This document shows, in pieces, positions 47,440 to 58,300 of a DNA stretch of 64,000 nt. The translations under genes were made by a program, and so were the position numbers. Origin of the DNA: an uncultured Candidatus Saccharibacteria bacterium (GTDB lineage: Bacteria > Patescibacteriota > Minisyncoccia > Phycocordibacterales > UBA9973); contig CAZIZK010000003.1 of NCBI GenBank assembly GCA_964544225.1, positions 8,419 through 72,418 of the forward strand, written 5' to 3'. Under the pieces are notes generated by a model. It did not search any database. It was not told the origin of the DNA and worked only from the letters and a program-made list of their open reading frames with translations. Numbering within the stretch: the stretch's first letter is position 1; every line of letters starts with the position of its first letter.

Positions 47440-48780
47440 TTATCCTGTCCAGTTATAAGCTAATATACTAAAGTCGACTAGTGACACCTTCTTATCATTA
47501 TTCAAATCAACTTTGGCTGGAACATTTGGCTTTGTATACCAATAAGCCATAATAGAGAAGTCGATCAAGTTCACATGCCCATCACAGTTCAAGTCTCCAC
47601 GTAGTGTCGAACAATCCAATGGGTCTTTCTTTATGTTTTGATTACCAACATTGAATGCTACTGCTGTACCATAGTTACTAACCTCGCCACTTTTTGCCGC
47701 TTTGGATTTGGTAAGGTGACCCCCTATTTCAAGAGGTGCTGTATCAAAGTTCAATAGATATACTCCATTATTATCCGATGGTACGTTCTTGAAATATTCC
47801 TGTTCAGAGTGGACCGAGATAGTAACTTGTGCATTTGGCACACTCTGACCAAATATAACAACATTGTCGCCTTGCTTTACCTCCTTCTTGTCTGTATCGA
47901 TAGTTGGTGATAGGAATATACTACCAATATTTATAGTTGCACCTTCGGTAATATATACAGGGAAAGAGAATGATGCGGACTTCTTGTTCTGTGAGTCTGT
48001 CCCATATACTGAGAAAGTATATGTACTGGATGAGAGCCCAGATAGGCTAACACTAAAGTTGGCTTGTGGGTCTGCTATTGTACTTGCCACGATCACACCA
48101 TCTTTGAGTATATACACCTTCGATAGTGGAAAAGCGCGTCCAGAAAAGTTAACTACACCTGTACCCCCTGTTGTTGTGGTTCCTCCACCTCCGCCGCCTC
48201 CTCCGCCGCCTCCGCCTCCTGCACCACCTGCACCCGCCGGTGTAGATGATACAGCTGCAGACTCACTGAGGAGCAACCCTGAGGCATAAGCCCTTACTTT
48301 AAAATAATACGTAGTACCATTCGTTAACCCAGTCACCGTATTACCTAGTACATTACCAACTACACTATATGTAAATGGCCCAGATGGTGATGTAGATACA
48401 CCCACAGAATAGCTTGTAACATTCGCCAGTACCCCTACCGACGCTGTCCAAGATAAAGCAACTGTGGTGTTCCCTGCTGTTGTAATCAATACCGGAGTTG
48501 TAGCTGTCGGGAAATACAAAAACCCTGCATTCTGAGCAAAGCTTGTACTTGAACTCTCGCCATTATCTAACTGCCCAGAACTAGATAAATATCGGAAGCT
48601 TGCAGATGATGCTTCACCACCCTCTATGATAGAATTTACAGGATTCTCCATCTCAAAGCTTGTACTAGTAAAGTCGGCTCGTGATATAGCAAAAAACAAC
48701 CCCATCAAAACAAAGATAGAAAATATTTGTAAAACTAATTTTCTATTCTGTTTTTCTTTAGAGTTGTTTTTCATAACCAT
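47440..48780 (-). CDS. Secreted protein with a fibronectin-III domain, a poly-Gly linker and a type-I dockerin
   Basis: The FN3 signature is TGLTNGTTYYFKVRAY. The linker is a G16 tract. The C-terminal duplicated calcium-binding dockerin repeats are DLNCDGHVNLIDFSIMAYWY and DLNNDKKVSLVDFSILAYNW. Confidence 0.7.
   Translation of the reverse strand: MVMKNNSKEKQNRKLVLQIFSIFVLMGLFFAISRADFTSTSFEMENPVNSIIEGGEASSASFRYLSSSGQLDNGESSSTSFAQNAGFLYFPTATTPVLITTAGNTTVALSWTASVGVLANVTSYSVGVSTSPSGPFTYSVVGNVLGNTVTGLTNGTTYYFKVRAYASGLLLSESAAVSSTPAGAGGAGGGGGGGGGGGGGTTTTGGTGVVNFSGRAFPLSKVYILKDGVIVASTIADPQANFSVSLSGLSSSTYTFSVYGTDSQNKKSASFSFPVYITEGATINIGSIFLSPTIDTDKKEVKQGDNVVIFGQSVPNAQVTISVHSEQEYFKNVPSDNNGVYLLNFDTAPLEIGGHLTKSKAAKSGEVSNYGTAVAFNVGNQNIKKDPLDCSTLRGDLNCDGHVNLIDFSIMAYWYTKPNVPAKVDLNNDKKVSLVDFSILAYNWTG
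48181..48240. repeat. (GGNGGN)n simple repeat that encodes the poly-Gly linker
   Basis: TCCTCCACCTCCGCCGCCTCCTCCGCC... lies inside CDS 47440..48780. Confidence 0.6.
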
Positions 48781-48821
48781 ATATATGCACTACTGACTAA
48801 GCTTATGCCAGATTTACATTA

Positions 48822-49250
48822 TTATGGCTTCTTCTCTGCTGTAGTAGTTGTAGTCTTTGCTGTTGTAGTAGGTGTTGTAGCTTTTGTTGTGCCTGCACCA
48901 ATATTTAGTGGAGCTATGTTCAAAACTTTATTTAATGTTGGGCTGTACAAGATAGCCTTCTTTGCTTGAGCATATATTAGAACCTTGTCACCTTGTTGTG
49001 CGCTTGCAAAGAAAGGTTGGTCCTTCAATGCAGCTAAGTCTGTAACTGTAGCTATTGTTGGTGTCTCACCTTCTGGCAATACTGTAACAGTCGCTACTTT
49101 TGCAACTAGATCTTTTACTTCTTTCTGAGCAATTGCTTGTGGATTCTTCTTCAAAGTATTCCACTGATAGTAGAAGTAACCTGACAATGCAAGTGCTACT
49201 ATAGCAAAAGCTGGAGCTACCATGTTTATAATCTTTTGTTTGTTCATCAT
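48822..49250 (-). CDS. Hypothetical membrane-anchored protein of 142 aa with a Thr-rich tail
   Basis: It has an N-terminal transmembrane helix and the C-terminal tract TTKATTPTTTAKTTTTTAEKKP. It lies between the giant gene and the dockerin gene. Confidence 0.45.
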   Translation of the reverse strand: MMNKQKIINMVAPAFAIVALALSGYFYYQWNTLKKNPQAIAQKEVKDLVAKVATVTVLPEGETPTIATVTDLAALKDQPFFASAQQGDKVLIYAQAKKAILYSPTLNKVLNIAPLNIGAGTTKATTPTTTAKTTTTTAEKKP

Positions 49251-49377
49251 TTTTAGTATATTTTTAAATTAATAATTACAACACAAAGGGCCAAAACCCT
49301 ATATAAGTATCATTATAGTTTATATAAACACAGAGAGCAATACTTTACAACGTGTTAGATATTAGATATGGTAACGT

Positions 49378-52300
49378 TTAAAAAAATGATTTAAATGCAC
49401 TTGCAAGAGCAAAGAATCTTGGTATATAGCTAGGTGTAAACTTCCATAACATAAAGCCGATATCTCCGCCACCACCTCCGCCTTGGTCTCCACCACTATT
49501 TGGATTATCAGGGTTTCCACTACCTTCAGAGCCCCCTCCACCTCCGCCTTGGCCGCCGCCGCCAACATCAGCATCAGGTGTCGCTGATGACTCTACCCCA
49601 CCTCCACCGCCACCATATGACCTAAATGTAAATGTCCATCCAGTATTTGTAGACCCACCAGTTGTGTCATCCACACTACCAGGACCAGCATGTATTGATA
49701 TAAAGTTACTGTTACCAGATGCCGCACTGTCACGCAAAGATATGAATTCACTTGTATAAGCACCATAACCAGCAGTGGTTGGTGCTAAGTATAGGTTCCA
49801 ATCTGTACCATTGCTTGTACTGTTTAATGTAATCAAACTATCTGATGTTCCTTTTACATCCCATTCTTTTACTGTCTGAGTACTACTTGCAGTAAACTTC
49901 ACTGTATGTGGTGGATTAATAACACTGAATTTATTAAACGTATTACTGCCAGATATTATAAAGTCTCCAGTACCAGTCCCTGCAAACACAACATTGTAGA
50001 ATGTTTGTCCTCCTCCTGCAAAAGTCTTGCTACTTGCAGATGAATCAGTTAGGTTAATTGTCTCACCAGTGCGTGTATATGTACCCGATGAATAATTAAA
50101 CACAGTGCCTGCACCTGACAAGTTGATTGTAGAAGAGTTTGGCAAGAATGTTCCTCCGGTAATGCTGATAGCACCCGAGTTCAATGTATAGCTAGAACCA
50201 GATGAAGTATCGAGCGTTCCACCAGATATGGTTGTTGTACCCACAGCTGTAGTTGCACCACCAAGAGTCTTTGTGCCAGATGTTGATATGGTTAAGTTAC
50301 CATATGAAAGAGTCTGATCAATTGTTTGAGTACCTGCAAGATTGTAGTTAACAGTAGAAGTCGCATTGAGTGTCTTTGTGGTGAACCCACTATCATAGCT
50401 ACCAGCAAATGTAGATGCACCTACTGCAATTGTGCCACTTGCCCCAACAGACAATGTATTAGTACCAGTACCTGTGACCAAGTATGTAGCTGGGTTAAAT
50501 GTACCAGCAGTAACTGAAAGTGTTCCAGATGTTGCAAGGGTAATACCAGCACCTAGAGTTTTAGTACCAGTACCTGAACTTGTTAGATTATAAAATACCG
50601 GAGAACCACTATTGATTGTCGCATCACCATTACCTGTTAGGTTAACAGTTGATGTACCCGCATCTAGGTAGCCATTACCAGATCGTGTTACAAGTGTCCC
50701 AGATGTTCCAGCAATAGATATTGTTGAAGCATTTGCTGATAGTGTACCACCATCTAATATTATTTTGTTTGCAGATATTGCATAGTTACTTACTGCATTT
50801 GTATCCAGGCCTCCACCTGTAAGAGTTAGGTTATTGGTAACAGTTAGTGCTTCACCGAGCCTGTTCTGATACGCACCAGATGCAAGTGTTAGGTTGTAGA
50901 ATGATGGTGTACCAGATGCAAGTGTTGTAGGCTCTGTAACACGTATGTATCCAGTACCTGTACTGATACCTTCTGCAAACAAACCTCCAGCAGATGAACC
51001 GTTAGAATTGTACCTTGCTGCCGCACTTACATCACTGTCTGTTTGTGATACCCATGTTACTCCCGCATCATCGGATGTATATATTTGGGTATTTGCTCCA
51101 CCACCTCCGGCATATTCAGTTGCTATTAGGCGCTGGCCATCAGCACTTGAATCTACGGCGAACCAGTTCCTACTTCCTGACGAGTTACTATTTGTTGACC
51201 AGTTCGCACCACTATCTGTGGAAGTATAAATATACCCACCATAAACACCTGCAACCATTTTTGTCCCGTCGTATGATGTGTCTACTCCTTTCCAGTTCAG
51301 GCTTGAACCTCGTGGTGTCCAATTGGCCCCATCATCGGTTGATACATACAACTGACCATTAGAAATAGAAGCAAGCATTGTTGTCCCGTCCCCTGATACT
51401 GAAATATGGTTCCAAGATGTTGAAGTAATAGACCCAGAAGCAGCCCAAGTAACACCATAATCCGTAGAGACATATACTTTATTGCTAACAGTCCAAGTAA
51501 CAGCTGCCAATTTCTTACCATCGGCAGACATTGCAATACCTGAAACTCCAGATACTGTCTGGCGTGATGTCCATGTTGCCCCACCATCATCTGATGTATA
51601 TATAGTAGTTCCTACCGCAACAGCCGCACGTAAACCATCGGCAGACATTGCTGCATCTGATGCATTGCCAGAGGTCAAATTAGATTGAGTCCATGTTAGT
51701 CCATAGTTAGTTGAATAATACATACCACCATTACTAGCATTACCAGCTATCATGCGTGCACCATTTGCAGATACAGCTATCTTTGAGTACACATCTTGTG
51801 TGTAGTTACTCAATACCCATGACAACTGATCACTTTGATTTGTAATATTTACAGTACTTGTGTCACTGTTAAATGTTCCAGAGGATTTTGTAAACAATGT
51901 ACCTTGTGATGCAGTTAGGTTTATAGTTGAATTATTTGCAGTTAGTGTTCCCCCACTTATTACAAGCTTGCCAGTTGTTAATGAATAGTTATTACTAAAT
52001 GATGTATCCAAGGTTCCGTTAGATATTGTTGTTATATTTGTAACAGTAGTGTTGGCACCGAGTGTCTTTGTACCTGTGCCACTAGATGTAAGGTTATAAA
52101 ATGTTGGGGTACCACTATTTACAGTGGCACTACCGTTACCAGTAAGGTCCACAGTGGAACTAGCAGCAGTAAATACACCAGAGTTTGTAAAGAGTGTTCC
52201 ACTTGTACCAGAAAGATTTATAGTTGGTGTACCTGTTGCTGTGATTGTACCGGCGTTTGACAATAATTCTGTTGTGATAGATTCCGTAGAACCACTATCG

Positions 52301-55300
52301 ACTGTTAGTGTATTGCTCGCCAATACAGACAGTGTCTCGCCTGTATATGAATTGCTACCACCTTGGACAAGCAAAGCACCTGTCACAGAAGTATGCATCA
52401 CATCCTCATCGTCGGTGGCTTCGTATTGACCCATATTCGTAACAGATACACTATTGTTTTGGTTACTACCGATTGTTAGAACATTTGTATTTAAAACCAT
52501 TCCTGTAATATTTCCCGAGCCTGCGTATTTAGTTATGGCAGTAGACTCTAGATTGTCGGCAACGTTATCAACCCATGTAGTTATAATATCATTAGTAGTT
52601 GCTGGTACACTGACAGTCCAAGCACTACTACTGATAGTCCCTGTACTTACACCAAGTGTCCCATTGACAGCAACTTTTACAGTTGCTGTATCGTTACCAT
52701 TGGCTGTACCTGAGACAGATATACAGTTAGCTGCTGTCCAAGTCGTGTCCCCTGACAATGTAGAGTTGTACACAGTAACACTAGCACCTGTCATATCGTC
52801 TACATCTAGATTGTGTAGATTGAATGTTCCAGTTCCTGTTGCACCACTAGACCAAGCTCTTGTTGTGTTATTTACACTGGATCGAACCAATATACTATTT
52901 GCCCCATCTACACAGAATGCTCCATTGCCAGAGTTCAAAGTAATAGTACCCGAGTTGGTAACAGTACTAGACAATGTCACAGATCCTGTACCAATATTTT
53001 GCCAGACACCAGATGTTGCAACTGTAACTGCACCAGATGTTAGATTGTTACCTTGATCGTATGTACCGTTATTTATAGTCATTGTGGAACCCAAGGTCAC
53101 CACCCCTGTAGTGCTTAGTGTACCTGTACCGTATTTTACAAGTCCCGATGCTGAACCCATCGTACCAGCTACTGTGATTGTGTAGTCGTTAGTATCAAAT
53201 GTTCCAGCCGATGTCAGTGTCACAGCTCTACCAGACGGTGAAGATATGTCACCCCCTGCTTGAAGTGTTCCACCGTTAAATATTAGCGTATTATTAGCAC
53301 TTTCATCACCCAATGCGCGAGATTTGGTTGCGCGTAAAACTCCAGCTGTGATAGTCGTAGTACCAGTATAAGTATTTGTTCCAGACATTGTAACTGTACC
53401 GGCCGTCGTCTTCGCCACAGCAATTGCTCCACCCAGAATCGCACTGACTGTACCACTCGCAAATGGATAAGATGTTCCAGTCAAAACTCCGCTACTACCT
53501 ATTATAGATCCACTGGTTAATGTAACCGCCCCTACTGTATCGGTAAATGTGGCAATATCAGCAGTACCCCCAGTAACTGTAAGTGCGCCACTTGATAATG
53601 CATTATTAATACCCCAAGCAAGTGTTCCGGCATTTATAGTTGTTGTTCCAGCAAAAGTGTTGGCCGCAGACAGTGTCACAGTCCCCCCAGTGTTCTTTGC
53701 CATAGCGATCGCTGCACCAGCGAGAACTGCACTGATTGTTCCACTCTCTACGGTATATGTTGCTGATGACGTAATAGTTGCCGCCCCACCAGTATTTACG
53801 ATTGAGCCACTTATCAAAGTAACGGCACCTATTATAGTAGTACCTCCTTCAGAATAACCTTTTAGATCCCATGTTCCGCCAGCTACAGTTACAGCATTGG
53901 TTGCCAATGCGTCTGTAATACCATATGCAAGAGTACCACCATTAATACGCACCAAACCTGTGTTAGTAGCTACTGCACTTATAGTAAGTGTTCCAGCACC
54001 ATCTTTTGTCAGAGTTGCCGAGGTTGCTGCCCCATAGACTCCACTTATAGTTGTAGGACCACTTCCATTTATCCATAAATTTATTGAAGCCGCAGCTCCA
54101 ACAGCACCAGTGAATGCAATAGTACCCGCGCCAGAATTAGTAACTATAGAGTTCGCACTTACAGTCACTGCACCAAAGTTAGTAGTACCAGACGCCGCTG
54201 AACTAATCAATGCGCCACCGTTTTTTATACCAGTACCACTAATAGCCAATGTCTCGTATGTAGATGCACCACCCAGATTATATGTAGAAAGATCAAGCAC
54301 TGCTCCGGCAGATACTGTAGTACCTGCACCACTTGTACCCAGTGGTGTATTCGTAGCACCACCACTTGCCCCTAGCTGGAGGACCCCCGTACTCACGGTG
54401 ACAGTTCCAGTAGTAAAACTATTCTGCCCGGCTAAAATGAGCGTGCCCGATCCTTCTTTTACTAAAGAAGTAGAAGTACCCGACCAAACACTTGATGAAG
54501 ACTGAGTAATATTACCCACTGTTACAAATGTTATAGCACGAGTCGAACCTACAATATTACCACTTAGAGTGAATAAGCCAGTTCCATGGTTAGCAAGACG
54601 AGATGTAGCACCAGGAGTAATAACTCCAGAATATGATATTGAATTATTCGAACTATTGATAAATGCTCCAATGCTTGCAATACCTGTTCCGTTAATAGCT
54701 AGGGCTTCAGCAGTACCAAGAGTAAATCCATTCAAATCAAAGACAGCTCCACTTGTGATAGATATTCCACCAGCATTTGTACCAAGTGGCGTATTTGTTC
54801 CATTTCCAGCAGCTCCAAGCTTTAATGTCCCCGCACTAACTGTAGTTGCGCCCGTAAATGTACTTGATGCGCCAGATATTGTCCAAACCCCAACACCGTT
54901 CTTTGTCAAAGTTCCTGATGTTGTATTTAATTGACTTGCAAAAGTTCCATTGCCTGCACCACCAATAGTTAGACCAAAGGTATTACCCGTCATGTTTCCA
55001 GTAGCAGTAATATTGATATCACCATAGTTAGCAATAATAGTACCAGCACCAGTAGTCAGGACAATCTGCCCACTATAAGAAACATTAGTACTTGAAGTAT
55101 TTTGCAAACCACCAGTCGCAAGCGAAGCCCCACTCAGAGTCAAACCTTCAGTAGTGCCAAGAGTATAACCATTTAAATCAAGTGCTGCAGTTGCACCAGA
55201 TACAGTCGTACCACCAGCAGTTGTGCCAAGTGGTGTATTGGTACCGCCACCAGCTGCCCCAAGGCGAAGAGTCCCGGCACTAATAGTAGTTGCCCCTGAA

Positions 55301-58300
55301 TAAGTGTTGTTACCTGACAACATAAAAGCTCCAGCCCCAGCTTTTGCAAAAGTAAAACCTCCGCTTATTATAGCCGATGCAAATGCGTCGTTATCCATGA
55401 GCCCATCACCTATAGTAAATGTTGCATTGGCTCCTAGGCCCAAGTTACCAGTTATTATTGAAGCAACGTTGTTGTTGGCTACAGTTGTAAATGTTCCATT
55501 GCCTGTCAGAGTTCCTGCACCTGTAGCAATAGTACCAGCGTTTATAGAGATAGAGCCCACAGTGTCAGAATTACCATTTAGATTATAAGTACCCCCTACT
55601 ATAGTCACACCTCCACTTGATATGACATTACTTGCACCCGCAAAAAGTGTTGCACCGTTTATAAATGTTGTACCAGTATAAGCGTTAGAGGCACTAAGTG
55701 TAACATTACCAGAACCACTGAGTGTTAATGTGCCAGCTGCTGCAGTATCTAAAATTGCAGATATAGTAGAAGTATTTGTAGAGAGTACAGGTAGTTCCAA
55801 AGCACCAAAACCAATAGTTGTATTAGCTCCGGCAATATTTGTTGCCGAGTTCATTAAAATATTTCCAGACAAAGAGGCAGAGGCCAGTGTAATAGTTGCA
55901 GAAGCATTGGTAATACCATAACCATTTAAAATAAGTGAATTGATACTTACAGTACTTGCTGCCACATCAGCAGTCAATTTTACATTTGTATTTGTAGTTA
56001 ATGTCGTAGAATATTCTCCAGAAAATCCAGCACCGTTTAGTAGACGCAACCCTGTTCCACCTTGGTATGTCACCATATCTGACCCAGTACCACTAAGAGA
56101 TGTGTCCCCAAAGGCACCCTTAATTACACTAACAGTTGTTGAACTAGATGCACCACCGGCACCAGTAAGTGTTGGTGTTGCAGTGAATACTAAAGTAGAT
56201 ATGTTTGCTGCAGATGCTGTTCCTAAACTAGTACCTCGGAATAGTACCGTTGCACCCGCTGTACGAGAAAGACTGGCAAATGTCATAACAGTAGAACCAC
56301 CAGTTCCTGGAGTCACAGTTACAGTGTTATGCCCTGTTGATAAAGTTAGAGCCCCAGTGGTTTCAGAAGACCCAGCCGCAGAATTACCAATAAAATTAAA
56401 ATTACCACCGTTCATAGTTAATGCCAGTGCGTCACCCAAACGACTTGCTACAGCAGTGGTGCTATTATCAAGTGTCAGTGTTCCACCTAGGTTTACTGTA
56501 ATAGTTGTAGCAGTAGCAGAACCTGAGCCACTAATAGTCAGTGTTCCAGCATTAATAGTAGTTGTACTACTAATAGTATTTACACCAGTTAGTGTAACTG
56601 TATTGTTTGTATTTTTAGTAACAGCTACAGCGCCCGCCAGAATTGCACTAACTGTCCCACTTTCCATAGTATATGCAGTTCCGGTCAAAACACCACTAGA
56701 ACTAGTGATAGATCCACCGATCAAAGTAACAGCACCGACAGTGTCACTAAATGTTGACATACTATAAGTCCCACCTTTTACAACCAACGCTCCAGAAGAC
56801 AAGGCGTTGAGTATACCTGCGGCTATTGTTCCTGCATACACTGTTGTTGTTCCAGTATGGCCATTGGCCGCAGTCAGGTTCAGAGTACCAGATCCATCTT
56901 TATATAAAGAACTCGCAGTCGCTGCAATTGCAGCAGAAATAGTTATATTACCAGAGCCACCATATCTTGATTCAAATGCACCACTTTGTATACCACTAAG
57001 TGTTAAAGTTCCTGCACCATTATTTGTAGTTCTACTATCAGTTGCAAGCGCTCGAGTACCCAGATAAGTCGCACCAGCAGCATTACTTGATATCATAGCT
57101 CCACCACCATCTATTCCAAATCCATTGATAGTCAGTGGTTCAGCTAAAGCACTAGAAGAGAATGTAACAAGATCAAGCACTGCCCCACTATAAACAGTAG
57201 TGGCACCAGTAACAACCCCGAGTGGTCCACCTCCGGCTGCATCACTAACACCAAATTTAAATGTTCCCAGGTTTATAGCGGTTGCACCAGTATAAGTACT
57301 CACACCTGAGAGAGTCCAAGTTCCTGTACCAATCTTCACAACACCACCAGTAGTATTACCAACAATACTAGACAGAGTTCCTGTACCAGTACCACCAAGA
57401 GTGAGCGCAAAACCAGCTCCTGAGATTGTTCCAGCAGCGGTCAGATTGATATCACCATTATCAGCTTTGATAGTAGATGCTGCACCGAGCGTAATAAGCC
57501 CTGTAAATGTCACAGCAGAAGCTGAGCTATTTATAATAGCTCCGGATGCAAAGTCTCCCAGCCCGTACCCTACACCGTTTAGGTTTGTTATTGGTTCGGC
57601 TATTCCAAGTGAAAATCCATTTAGATCAAGTCTTGAACCTGTGGCAATAGAGGTGGCACCCCCTGTGGTACCCAGTGGTGAGTTTGACCCGACAGCTATT
57701 GCACCAATCTTTACTGTACCAACACTGATAGTTGTTGCACCTGTATATGACGAGTTACCATTTGAAAGAGTCAGTACCCCTATTCCGTCTTTAACTATAG
57801 TACTAGTACCAGAGCGCACTCCTGAATATTCCAGATTACTAAACCCACCGAAAGTCAATGCAAAGTTCCCAGAAGCATTGCCACTAATAGTCAGTGCTCC
57901 ATAGTCAGCGTTGATACGAGCCGCCGCAGTAAGAGTAAGAGCCCCACTATAGCTAACAGGTGTTGCCGAGCTATTCATGATTGCACCCATGTTACTACTA
58001 CCAGAAGCTCCATACCCTGTTCCTGCCAAAGACGATATTGCTTCTGCTGTTCCCAAAGTAAAACCATTTAGATCTAACGCTCCCCCACTTGCAATAAGTG
58101 TTTCAGAGCCAGCCCCAGCAATACCAAGTGGTGTGTTTGTTCCACCACCAGCAGCACCAAGTTTCAAAATACCGCTGGTAATAGTTGTTGTTCCTGTATA
58201 AGTATTATCGCGAGTAAGCGTTACAACACTATCAGGTGCAGTGTTGGTAGCGATACGTGTTAGTGCAACACCTGTACCATTTATAATAGCACTGACAGTT